Source of the DNA: a candidate division WOR-3 bacterium
Lineage (GTDB): Bacteria; Hydrothermota; Tepidihabitantia; Tepidihabitantales; CAIPLT01
Assembly (NCBI GenBank): GCA_965649215.1
Contig: CBFGJZ010000005.1
Location: 44,553 to 85,624 of the forward strand
Reading direction: 5' to 3'
DNA length: 41,072 nucleotides
The position numbers and the translations under genes are program-made. Shown here piece by piece: positions 26,801 through 34,726 of the stretch; the first letter of the stretch is position 1, and each line of letters begins with the position of its first letter. A model generated the notes under the pieces. It was not told the DNA's origin. It was given only the letters and a program-made list of their open reading frames with translations, and searched no databases.

Positions 26801-28746
26801 CAAACAACGCTTGTCTTCGTGATAGTATGCCTTGTTTTAGATGGCATAAATCTACTGACGCCGATAAAGAAAACAAATCACAACTTTCTCTTCTCTTCTC
26901 ACCCGACACCAAAGATAACAACGCATTTCTCAACACTAAAAATCCTATATCTTTTTACTTCTCAGACGGTATTGCTAATTACCAACTTCAATATGCAATG
27001 AACCCGAGTTTTACCAATACAATTCAAATCAATACTACTGATACTTTTTACCAAGTGCCATCAAGACTTATTGATACCATTTATTATTGGCGAGTCAGAG
27101 CTATTGATAGTGCGGGCAATCAGAGCAATTGGTCATCAGTATGGAATTTTGAAATCGATACCCGTGCGCCTAATGCAGCGGTTTTAATATATCCAATTAA
27201 TGGTATTTGGTTAACTGATACTAATGTCATCTTTAACTGGTCACAAGTGACATTTGGCGGTGATAATATTAATGCCATTGCAAGAAGCATAAGCGAGAAA
27301 GCAATCTCGCCACCAATGGCCGCGTTCTCTTCAGTCACTAACAAAGATAGACCCGAATCGGAATTTGTTTCACCAATTCGCTATATCTTACAAGTTGACA
27401 CCAACCGCAATTTTACTAATCCAATTACTGATACAACCAGTTATCTTTATGACACCTTAATCTTATCTCAAGCAAAGTACTTCTGGCGAGTCCGGGCTTA
27501 TGACTTAGCCGGCAATCAAGGTGCCTTCTCCAGTGCCGATAGTTTTGGTATTGATTACACCCCGCCGAGTGTGCCCAATCTTATCTTACCAGCAAATAAT
27601 GCAATCCTTAACGACTCGTTTATTAGTTTTTACTGGAATCGTTCAACAGATAATGTTAGCGGTATAAAATCTTACCAAATCCAAATTGCCAAAAACACTA
27701 ATTTCACTAATGCCTTTGATACTACAGTTGTAGACACAACCCTATTAAGAAAACTCACTGACACCACCTATTACTGGCGAGTCAAAGCAATTGACCAAGC
27801 CAACAATCAGAGTAGTTGGTCAGCAACCCGCAGTTTTGAAATAGATACCAGAACACCTAATGCACCGGTTTTAATCTCACCAATTAACGGTGTCTGGTTA
27901 ACTAATACCAATGTTATCTTTAACTGGTCACAAGTGACTTATGATGCCAAATCACCAATTCGCTATATCTTACAAGTTGACACCAACCGCAATTTTACTA
28001 ATCCAATTATTGACACGACAACTTATCTTTATGATACCATAACTTTGTCCCAAGCAAGATATTTCTGGCGGGTAAGAGCTTATGATTTAGCTGGCAATCA
28101 AGGTGTATTTTCAAGTGCTGATAGTTTTGGTATTGATTACACACCGCCGAGCGTACCTAATCTAATAAGTCCCATAAATAATGCAGTACTCACAACAACA
28201 TCAGTCAGATTTTATTGGCATCACTCAACTGATAATCTCAGTAGCATTAGAAATTATCAGATTCAGATTGCTAATAACTCTAATTTTGTAAATGCATTTG
28301 ACACGACCCTGGCTGATACCACCATTTTGCGAACATTAACTGATTCTATCTATTATTGGAAAGTAAGAGCAACAGATGGCGCTAACAATCAGAGCAATTG
28401 GTCAAGTGTGTGGAGTTTCAGAATAACAACAGAAGAAATTGAAGAACATACAAATATAAAGCTACCTATTGAATTTTCTTTATCGCATAATAGGCCAAAT
28501 CCATTTTCGCATAGCACAGAAATCAGATATGCCATTCCATATATGAGCCGAGTAAAACTTACTATCTTTAATGCCACGGGTGAAGATATAATAACACTTA
28601 CTAACAGAAATCATAATCCCGGTTGGTATTTAATAAAATGGAATGGAAACGATGCCAAAGGAAATATCTGTCCTAATGGAATCTATTTCTATAGATTAGA
28701 AGCCCTTGATTATCAGGTAACAAGAAAGATGTTGCTGATGAGATAA
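23845..28746 (+). CDS. Large secreted modular protein: SBBP propeller repeats, Ig/CARDB-like and cleaved-adhesin/MAM-like modules, Fn3-like repeats, C-terminal FlgD-Ig/T9SS-A-like sorting domain
   Basis: Signal peptide; 3x D..GNVYV[ST]G repeats; 3x ND[VI]G[VI]D.II modules; 2x SEGFN..FPP.GW modules; 5x Y[YF]W[RK]V[RK]A.D.A.NQ; C-terminal NRPNPF..GIYFYRL..TRKMLLMR. Confidence 0.85.
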   Translation: MARRILLFSILLTLSIPFIIHAQYLEWVRRYNGPVNPYYNSDEPAAITVDNQGNVYVSGLTSVPGQYYAQVNYLTIKYNSAGNQEWVQRYNRPDSTDCYNIATAIALDTAGNIYVTGQSQGSNYHNDFATIKYSPSGIQKWVVRYNGPINYEDEATAMTVDLAGNVYVTGTSEEFDNDYATVKYYQAGANDVGVDSIIYPPEQHLRLMPMKPCALVRNFGSSPQTNFPVVCSIIGPNNSLRYTSTKIISYLADYDTIRVYFDTWTSTIIETCVVKMRTNLIGDLNPNNDQKTRIIEITNAVLFLSEGFNNYTFPPPGWQSVIINGSHDWQRKSNNDYPFCVPYESTGMASYQSCYAPYGSKARLISPPINLGTQPKTCILNFAMFHDPGSYWAPDSVKIEYSTDGTNFTRVAAFTRAIPEDSSYWIEHSVYLGTLLRTIYIGILAYSGYGNNMNIDYIRLYKEIPLANDVGVDRIISPGTCYIPNTLMPITVWVKNYGSNTQTNFPVTCSVIGSAKAVRYTNTVYVTTTLASNDSIQVNVGSYTPTMSEMCSLIVHTNLTNDQYPANNRITQLTNIGNYFLLLSEGFNKITFPPTGWQSVIVESEFDYNWERKRYNENPECYPYEGSGMASYPSYDASEGDNARLISPGFNFGTVPIACSLKFNMYHDNDYDDCYDFVRVEYSTDGVNFIPVDSFFRYQPGQPTWAEHSIALGSFTGTFWLGIVGYSGYGNNINIDNIRLTGQAITNDIGIDAIIYPSTQHTVNTPMIPTARVKNYGSFNQNNFQVICSIIGTGTEKISSNSLNDTKTEIDNITDIIRYVDTLRIASLAPNETTRVSFRSWTPTIPEQCTVKIKTNLVGDQNPVNDQKSIITEIIPATTIISPNGGEIWAGGTIKTIRWRAPQIYTRYVLLLSTNSGATYTDTIANNLLPTDSTYDWQVPMLNLRTCRIKLAIFDNLGNLVAQDASDADFTIDSQAPSIPILIAPANNACLRDSMPCFRWHKSTDADKENKSQLSLLFSPDTKDNNAFLNTKNPISFYFSDGIANYQLQYAMNPSFTNTIQINTTDTFYQVPSRLIDTIYYWRVRAIDSAGNQSNWSSVWNFEIDTRAPNAAVLIYPINGIWLTDTNVIFNWSQVTFGGDNINAIARSISEKAISPPMAAFSSVTNKDRPESEFVSPIRYILQVDTNRNFTNPITDTTSYLYDTLILSQAKYFWRVRAYDLAGNQGAFSSADSFGIDYTPPSVPNLILPANNAILNDSFISFYWNRSTDNVSGIKSYQIQIAKNTNFTNAFDTTVVDTTLLRKLTDTTYYWRVKAIDQANNQSSWSATRSFEIDTRTPNAPVLISPINGVWLTNTNVIFNWSQVTYDAKSPIRYILQVDTNRNFTNPIIDTTTYLYDTITLSQARYFWRVRAYDLAGNQGVFSSADSFGIDYTPPSVPNLISPINNAVLTTTSVRFYWHHSTDNLSSIRNYQIQIANNSNFVNAFDTTLADTTILRTLTDSIYYWKVRATDGANNQSNWSSVWSFRITTEEIEEHTNIKLPIEFSLSHNRPNPFSHSTEIRYAIPYMSRVKLTIFNATGEDIITLTNRNHNPGWYLIKWNGNDAKGNICPNGIYFYRLEALDYQVTRKMLLMR
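27370..28009 (+). repeat. Intragenic duplication (58-bp identical core at 27370-27427 and 27952-28009)
   Basis: TCACCAATTCGCTATATCTTACAAGTTGACACCAACCGCAATTTTACTAATCCAATTA occurs twice 582 bp apart, with similar flanks. Confidence 0.9.
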
Positions 28747-28756
28747 AATAAAAGAG

Positions 28757-28821
28757 TGGCTTGGAAGTATTTTAGGTAATATAAATAAGTGAGAGAAAAG
28801 ATTTATTTTGATTCCAAGCCA
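28757..28821. repeat. 10-bp inverted repeat after the large secreted gene
   Basis: TGGCTTGGAA (28757-28766) / TTCCAAGCCA (28812-28821), 45-nt spacer. Confidence 0.5.
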
Positions 28822-29107
28822 GTATGTGATATAATGGGTTATCCTTCATGCAATTTAATCGGCAAGCTATGAGATAATCGGTGAGATTATACAAAATATA
28901 GTCATTTTAGTGTCCGCTTGGTTATCCTGGGGGATATCCCATGGGTCACCGAGTGGATTGCCCGTCGGACTGGTCAAGAGACGACGCAAAGAATAATCTA
29001 ATTGTCTGCCTAAAGCATAGCCGATCGCAGCGGGAAGGGTTCTAAGATAAAATTGTAATTTAAAATATTTTCATATTATTATTTTCAATTTAAAGTCCTG
29101 TATTTTT

Positions 29108-29162
29108 CTTAACCAAATCTTAACAATTTGTTTATATTATTTTAACAGGGGGGTGCTATATT
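29108..29162 (+). promoter_or_regulatory. Pho box array plus extended -10
   Basis: CTTAACC/CTTAACA/GTTTATA/TTTAACA at 29108, 29119, 29130, 29141 (11-bp period), then TGcTATATT; upstream of the pst operon. Confidence 0.8.
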
Positions 29163-29296
29163 TTAAGCGTATGAAGAATGATTTTTGTCTTGCGTGGGCG
29201 TGTGGGGAAGTTTTTAAGTCACTTCAGAGGGTAAAAAGTGTCAAATTCTGGTTTGAAAAACAAATCACAAAAAATATCTATCAGAAAGGAGCAACA

Positions 29297-30457
29297 ATGC
29301 TCAAAAAAAATATATTAAAAATAATCCTATTATTATTGACCTGGGCAGTTGCATTACAAGCGACTGAGACCAAAGTCGCCGGCGAAATCTGGAACCGCTA
29401 TATGAATCAGCGTAAAGACGGCAAAACCACCCTGAGCCAATTCTCATTTGACCGCGGTTATCTTACCTTAGAACCTAAATTAAGCGATAAAATCAAAGGA
29501 CGATTTACTCTTGATTTTTTCTCAAGCGATAAATATAATGACGGTGCAGGTATTAAAGTGAAATACGGATTTTTACAATTTGCTGAACTCTTACCGATTA
29601 AAGAAAGTAATCTCGAAATTGGACTCGTGAAAAACTATTTTGGCTTAGTTTATGATTGGGCATATCCTGTGATTGAAAAAGCGATTGAAGATAAAGAAAA
29701 GGTCGTGGCATCAGTTGATTATGGTATTGCATTTACGGGTTACTTACCACAAGGTTTTGGCGAATATGCAATCGGTTTATATAATGGAGAAGGATACACT
29801 AAAACTCAAAGTAAAGTTAATACTAACTTCGCGCCATTATTTAATCTACGTTTAACGCCAGTTGCTGGAATCACTTTAGGTGGTTCGGTAATATACGACA
29901 AATCAGGTTTTACCGGTCTAATTAAACAGAACACGACAACGGCCCGGGCCGAATCAATTTGGAAAAATGTTTTTGATACGCGACTTGCTTATGCAGGTAT
30001 TGCTAAATTAGCATTCGGAGCGGTTGAGATTTGGGGTGAATATTTATTTAATAAATATGATTCGACCACGCAGGTAAAAATTATACATGCTGATACCTTA
30101 AAAGAAGATTCGCTTTTTACAAAAAACTTTACCTACAAGAGCAGCGGTTATTCAATTACCCCGATTGTTTCTTTAAAACAGTTAACTGGATTTGATGGAG
30201 AACTGGTTTTGCGATATGATTTCTGGGATAGCAATACTGATGTTAAGGATTATAAGAGCGCATTTACGACCTTCGTTATTGGTGGTAATTATAATATTTT
30301 GCGTGGGGCAAGTGCTGATCCAGTTTTAACATTACAGTTAAACTGGCAGCGCAAAACTTTCATTAAAGAAGATCCAGCAATTACTGATGTTAAAAAACCT
30401 GAAGACCAGATTGGTGTTCAGCTAAAGTGGAAATTTAGTTCCACGATATTAAATTAA
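29297..30457 (+). CDS. Outer membrane porin, probably phosphate-uptake (OprO/OprP-like)
   Basis: AAAGGAG SD before ATG 29297; signal peptide ending ALQA; amphipathic strands, FDRGYL, KYGFLQ, GLYNGEG; first gene of Pho-box operon. Confidence 0.7.
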   Translation: MLKKNILKIILLLLTWAVALQATETKVAGEIWNRYMNQRKDGKTTLSQFSFDRGYLTLEPKLSDKIKGRFTLDFFSSDKYNDGAGIKVKYGFLQFAELLPIKESNLEIGLVKNYFGLVYDWAYPVIEKAIEDKEKVVASVDYGIAFTGYLPQGFGEYAIGLYNGEGYTKTQSKVNTNFAPLFNLRLTPVAGITLGGSVIYDKSGFTGLIKQNTTTARAESIWKNVFDTRLAYAGIAKLAFGAVEIWGEYLFNKYDSTTQVKIIHADTLKEDSLFTKNFTYKSSGYSITPIVSLKQLTGFDGELVLRYDFWDSNTDVKDYKSAFTTFVIGGNYNILRGASADPVLTLQLNWQRKTFIKEDPAITDVKKPEDQIGVQLKWKFSSTILN

Positions 30458-30471
30458 TTTAGGAGGAGAAA

Positions 30472-31287
30472 ATGAAGAATTTTCTAAAATTATTGGTTGT
30501 TGGTCTCGTAGTCTTGACCGTAACCAATTTATTTGCTGCCAAAAATAGTTTGACCATGGCGGGTTCAACGACCGTGCTCCCAATTGCTCAAAAATGCGCC
30601 GAAGCGTTTATGGATATTAATCCGAAAGTAAATATCTCTGTGCGGGGTGGTGGTTCGGGTGTGGGCATTGCTTCATTAACTGCAAAATCAGTGGATATCG
30701 GCCTTTCTTCTCGACCAATTAAAGATAAAGAACTCGCGACGGCCAAACAAAAGGGTGTTAATGCAGTTGCTAATATTGTTGCTTTAGATGGTTTAGCGAT
30801 TATCGTTCATGCGCAAAATCCTTTGAATGAAATCACAATTAAAACATTAAAAGATATCTATACCGGTAAAATTACTAATTGGAAAGCATTGGGTGGTCCA
30901 GACCGAGAAATTGTTGTTGTCTCTCGAGATGTCGCTTCTGGGACTTTTGAAGTGTTTAAAGAAAAAGTGCTGGGCGGCGATAAAACCAAAGATGACGCTT
31001 TAATGCTGGCATCTAATAAAGCGGTTGCTAGCACAGTTCAAGAAACTCCCGGCGCAATTGGTTATGTTGGACTTGGTTATCTGTCTGAAGGAGTCAAAGC
31101 ACTTAAAGTTGAAGGTGTGATGCCGAGTAATAAGACTGTTCAGGATGGGAGTTATAAGTTAGCCCGACCATTATATTTTTATACTAATGGCGCACCAAAA
31201 GGTTTAGCTAAAGAGTTTATTGATTTTGTATTGTCAAGCAGTGGCCAGAAATTAGTGAACGAAACAGGCTATGTGCCGTTGAAATAG
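30472..31287 (+). CDS. pstS: Phosphate ABC transporter substrate-binding protein
   Basis: AGSTTVLP, GGGSGVGI, SRDVASGTFEVF, GAIGYVGLGY, YKLARPL. Confidence 0.95.
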   Translation: MKNFLKLLVVGLVVLTVTNLFAAKNSLTMAGSTTVLPIAQKCAEAFMDINPKVNISVRGGGSGVGIASLTAKSVDIGLSSRPIKDKELATAKQKGVNAVANIVALDGLAIIVHAQNPLNEITIKTLKDIYTGKITNWKALGGPDREIVVVSRDVASGTFEVFKEKVLGGDKTKDDALMLASNKAVASTVQETPGAIGYVGLGYLSEGVKALKVEGVMPSNKTVQDGSYKLARPLYFYTNGAPKGLAKEFIDFVLSSSGQKLVNETGYVPLK

Positions 31288-31301
31288 TTAAACAAGATAA
31301 A

Positions 31302-31332
31302 GAGTGCGGGGAGAGAATACTCTCCCCGACTC
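31302..31332 (+). terminator. pstS-pstC intergenic hairpin (attenuator or mRNA stabiliser)
   Basis: CGGGGAGAG-AATA-CTCTCCCCG stem extended by GAGT/ACTC, followed by AATTTTT. Confidence 0.7.
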
Positions 31333-31344
31333 AATTTTTGATAA

Positions 31345-32220
31345 ATGAAATTTAAAGAGTCAGCGTTCAAATATATTGCGCTTTTTGCTGCGCTTTGCTC
31401 GGTGATCTTTCTGTTTGGTATTATCGTAAGTATCTTTAAAGAAGGTTATCCAATTTTTAAGATTTATGGGGTTATCAAATTCTTATTTACAACGAGTTGG
31501 CATCCCACCCATGATGAACCTACTTTTGGTATTGCCGCATTGATTATTGGTTCGTTTGTGGTTACGATTGGTTCTTTAATCGTGGCAATACCCTTAGGGG
31601 TTGGTTCAGCAATATTCTTATCAGAAATTGCTGGTTTTAAAACCCGCGAGCTTTTAAAGCCGTTTGTCGAACTTTTAGCAGGAATACCATCTGTAATTTA
31701 TGGATTGTTTGGAATGGCATTTTTAGCACCATTTGTGATGCGCTTATTTAATCTATCAACAGGTCTTAATGCGTTTACCACATCAATTATTCTTGGCATT
31801 ATGGTCGTACCGATTATCGCCAGTATTTCAGAAGATGCTATCTCATCGATTCCCAAAGAATTGCGCGAAGCATCTTATGCCTTAGGTGCTAATAAATGGG
31901 AGACAATTTATAAAGTTATCTTACCCGCAGCAAAATCAGGTATTATCGCAAGTATTATTTTGGGATTTGGTCGAGCAATTGGCGAGACGATGCTTGTGTT
32001 AATGGTAGCCGGTGGCTCAGCGATAATTCCGAAAACAATTTTTTCACCAGTTAGACCAATGACCGCAGCGATTGCCGCAGAAATGGGTGAGACTGTAGTT
32101 GGCAGTGAACATTACCATGCATTGTTTGGAATTGCTATTGTATTATTCATTTTGACTTTTGCCTCTAATTTAATTACCGAGTCGGTTAAAAGAAAAGTAA
32201 TGCGGGAGCATAATTTATGA
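31345..32220 (+). CDS. pstC: Phosphate ABC transporter permease PstC
   Basis: ELLAGIPSVIYG, EASYALGA, GRAIGETM motifs. Confidence 0.95.
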   Translation: MKFKESAFKYIALFAALCSVIFLFGIIVSIFKEGYPIFKIYGVIKFLFTTSWHPTHDEPTFGIAALIIGSFVVTIGSLIVAIPLGVGSAIFLSEIAGFKTRELLKPFVELLAGIPSVIYGLFGMAFLAPFVMRLFNLSTGLNAFTTSIILGIMVVPIIASISEDAISSIPKELREASYALGANKWETIYKVILPAAKSGIIASIILGFGRAIGETMLVLMVAGGSAIIPKTIFSPVRPMTAAIAAEMGETVVGSEHYHALFGIAIVLFILTFASNLITESVKRKVMREHNL

Positions 32221-33086
32221 AGCCATCGCAGAAAATCAAGAGAAAAGTTAATCAAGGCATCTGGATGGTATTACTAAGATTGTCAATTTTAATCAGTCTT
32301 TTATTTTTAATTGTCTTTTTAGTGATGATTATCGCAAAAGGCGGAAAGGTCTTATCACTCTCGTTCTTACTGCAATCTCCTAAAGACGGGATGACTGCAG
32401 GTGGTATCTTTCCGGCAATTTTAGGAACCTTGTATCTTGTGATTCTTTCAATCATTTTTGCCTTACCATTGGGTGTGTTTGCCGCAATCTATCTCTCAGA
32501 ATATGCTAAAGCAGGACATTTTGTGAATATTATTAGAACCGCAATTAATACTTTGGCAGGAGTACCATCAATTGTTTTTGGTCTATTTGGTTTAGCGGTT
32601 TTTGTCAATATGTTTCAGTTTGGTGTATCGGTGTTATCAGGTTCTTTGACTTTAGCAATCTTAATCTTGCCCATTATCATTAATGCCAGTGAAGAAGCAA
32701 TTAAAACCGTACCTGACAGTTTCCGTCAAGCGGCGTATGCTTTGGGTGCAACGAAACGACAGACAATTACTAAAGTTGTGATACCAACGGCGTTGCCCAA
32801 TATTTTGACCGGTGCGATTATCAGTGTCGGACGGGCAGCAGGCGAAACCGCACCAATCCTTTTTACTGCCGCAACATTCTATACTCGAAAACTGCCAACA
32901 TCAATTATGGACGAAGTGATGGCGTTACCTTATCATATTTATGCGCTAATGACCGAAGGTACGGCGCCTAAACAACAAGTGCCGATTGCGTATGGAACTT
33001 CAGTGGTATTGCTTTTATTGGTTTTAAGTGTTAATTTAATAGCAATTGTTATAAGATATCGAATGCGAAAGAGGAAAAAATGGTAG
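32217..33086 (+). CDS. pstA: Phosphate ABC transporter permease PstA
   Basis: [31 protein letters not shown] motifs. Confidence 0.95.
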   Translation: MKPSQKIKRKVNQGIWMVLLRLSILISLLFLIVFLVMIIAKGGKVLSLSFLLQSPKDGMTAGGIFPAILGTLYLVILSIIFALPLGVFAAIYLSEYAKAGHFVNIIRTAINTLAGVPSIVFGLFGLAVFVNMFQFGVSVLSGSLTLAILILPIIINASEEAIKTVPDSFRQAAYALGATKRQTITKVVIPTALPNILTGAIISVGRAAGETAPILFTAATFYTRKLPTSIMDEVMALPYHIYALMTEGTAPKQQVPIAYGTSVVLLLLVLSVNLIAIVIRYRMRKRKKW

Positions 33087-33901
33087 AAAACAATAAAGTT
33101 AGTACAAATAGTAATAATCCAGTTAACAATAAATGTGCAATAGATATCTGCGATTTATTATGTGTTAAAGATCTTAATTTATGGTTTGGCGAAAAACATG
33201 TCTTAAAAAATATTAATATGTCCACCCCGTGTAAGAAATTAACTGCTATTATCGGACCCTCTGGTTGTGGTAAGTCAACTTTAATAAGATGTTTTAATCG
33301 GATGAATGATTTGATTCCTGAGGCGAAAGTAAAGGGGAGTATTTTAATCGATGGTGTTGATATTTATTCGGATAAGATAGATATTTATGAATTGCGTATG
33401 AAAGTAGGAATGGTCTTTCAAAAACCGAATCCCTTTCCAAAATCAATTCTAGACAATGTCTTATTTGGCTTAAAAATTCAAGGTAAATTATCAAAAAGCC
33501 AAATGCTGGAAAAAGTAGAAAAGAGTTTACGAGATGCCTGGTTGTGGGATGAAGTTAAAGATCGTTTGCATGATAATGCCTTCAGTTTGTCAGGCGGTCA
33601 ACAGCAGAGATTGTGTATCGCTCGAGCATTAGCAACAGATCCAGAAATAATTTTATTAGACGAGCCGACCTCAGCTTTAGATCCACAATCGACTGCTAAA
33701 ATTGAAGATTTATTGGTAGAATTAAAAAATAATGTTACGATAATTCAGGTTACCCATAATATTGCTCAAGCTGCCCGAATTTCAGATTATATTGCCTTTA
33801 TCTATTTAGGTGAATTAATTGAATTTGACCTGACCGAAAAGATCGTGACCACACCTAAAGATAAAAGGACGGAAGCATATTTGACGGGTAAGTTTGGATG
33901 A
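33080..33901 (+). CDS. pstB: Phosphate ABC transporter ATPase
   Basis: [50 protein letters not shown]. Confidence 0.97.
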   Translation: MVENNKVSTNSNNPVNNKCAIDICDLLCVKDLNLWFGEKHVLKNINMSTPCKKLTAIIGPSGCGKSTLIRCFNRMNDLIPEAKVKGSILIDGVDIYSDKIDIYELRMKVGMVFQKPNPFPKSILDNVLFGLKIQGKLSKSQMLEKVEKSLRDAWLWDEVKDRLHDNAFSLSGGQQQRLCIARALATDPEIILLDEPTSALDPQSTAKIEDLLVELKNNVTIIQVTHNIAQAARISDYIAFIYLGELIEFDLTEKIVTTPKDKRTEAYLTGKFG

Positions 33902-33911
33902 GGAGGGAAAA

Positions 33912-34568
33912 GTGTTACTCTTAGACGCAAAACTGACAAGTTTAAAAAAAGCACTGATCGATTATGCGAGTTTAATTGAACGGATGATTGATAAAAGTAT
34001 GCAGGGACTTTTAAAAAAAGATAAAGCGGTATTAGAAGAGATTATTAATAAATACGAACCCTGGACCAATGATTTGGAATTGGAAATAGATGAGATGGGC
34101 ACTAATTTGATTGCTCAATATGAACCGAAGGCAAAGGATTTAAGGATTGTTCTAATGGTGCTTAAGATTAATAATGATTTAGAAAGAATTGGTGATCACT
34201 TGGTTAATATTGCCGAAAGTGCCTTGTTTTTGATTGAACGACCACAAGTAAAGCCTTTAATTGATATTCCGAAAATGGGCGAGATAGTTATTAAGATGCT
34301 AAAAGATAGTATCAATGCTTTTATCAATGAAGATGTAAAATTAGCTCAAGCAGTTTGCCAAGAGGATTCCCTTGTGGATAATTTGTTAGAACAGGTAATC
34401 CGAGAATTAATTACTTATATGACTGCCGATTCGAAAACAATTGAACGATCAATGCATTTAATCCGCATCGCCCACAACTTAGAAAGAATCGCGGATCTTT
34501 CTACTAATATTAGTGAAGATGTCATTTTTATTGTTGAAGGGCGAGTCATTAAACACCGTAGTGGCTAA
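33912..34568 (+). CDS. phoU: Phosphate signalling protein PhoU
   Basis: QYEPKAKDLR, DLERIGDH, NLERIADLSTNI repeats; GTG 33912 after GAGGAGG preferred (track start 33894). Confidence 0.95.
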   Translation: MLLLDAKLTSLKKALIDYASLIERMIDKSMQGLLKKDKAVLEEIINKYEPWTNDLELEIDEMGTNLIAQYEPKAKDLRIVLMVLKINNDLERIGDHLVNIAESALFLIERPQVKPLIDIPKMGEIVIKMLKDSINAFINEDVKLAQAVCQEDSLVDNLLEQVIRELITYMTADSKTIERSMHLIRIAHNLERIADLSTNISEDVIFIVEGRVIKHRSG

Positions 34569-34615
34569 ATAAAGCTTTTTTCTCTTCTTTCTTTAAAACT
34601 AGCCAAGCTAATTGG

Positions 34616-34645
34616 TTGACAAGAATTATAATTTTGAAGTATAAT
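34616..34645 (+). promoter_or_regulatory. Sigma70-type promoter of efflux operon
   Basis: TTGACA-N18-TATAAT. Confidence 0.6.
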
Positions 34646-34726
34646 TATCTCAAATTGTTAATAGTTGAAAATTTATGTCTTGACATAACTTCAGCTAATT
34701 TTTCTATTTTATTTAAGGAGTAGCAA

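Noticed and set aside
27100-28420. Direct repeats as a CRISPR array or DGR template/variable pair
   Set aside because: Repeats are in-frame domain duplications with differences not confined to adenines; no cas or reverse transcriptase gene is present.
28900-29045. tRNA or known riboswitch in the GC-rich intergenic stretch
   Set aside because: No cloverleaf, T-loop (GTTCRA) or riboswitch consensus that I can recognise; an Infernal scan would be needed to exclude it fully.
28747-29150. Definitive oriC call
   Set aside because: No perfect DnaA boxes or dnaA/dnaN; kept only as a skew observation.
29153-29296. N-terminal 48-aa extension of the porin ORF
   Set aside because: Overlaps the promoter; the SD and signal peptide point to ATG 29297. 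Similar over-long starts were rejected for punA, hbd, 8261, 16387, 18570 and 33894.
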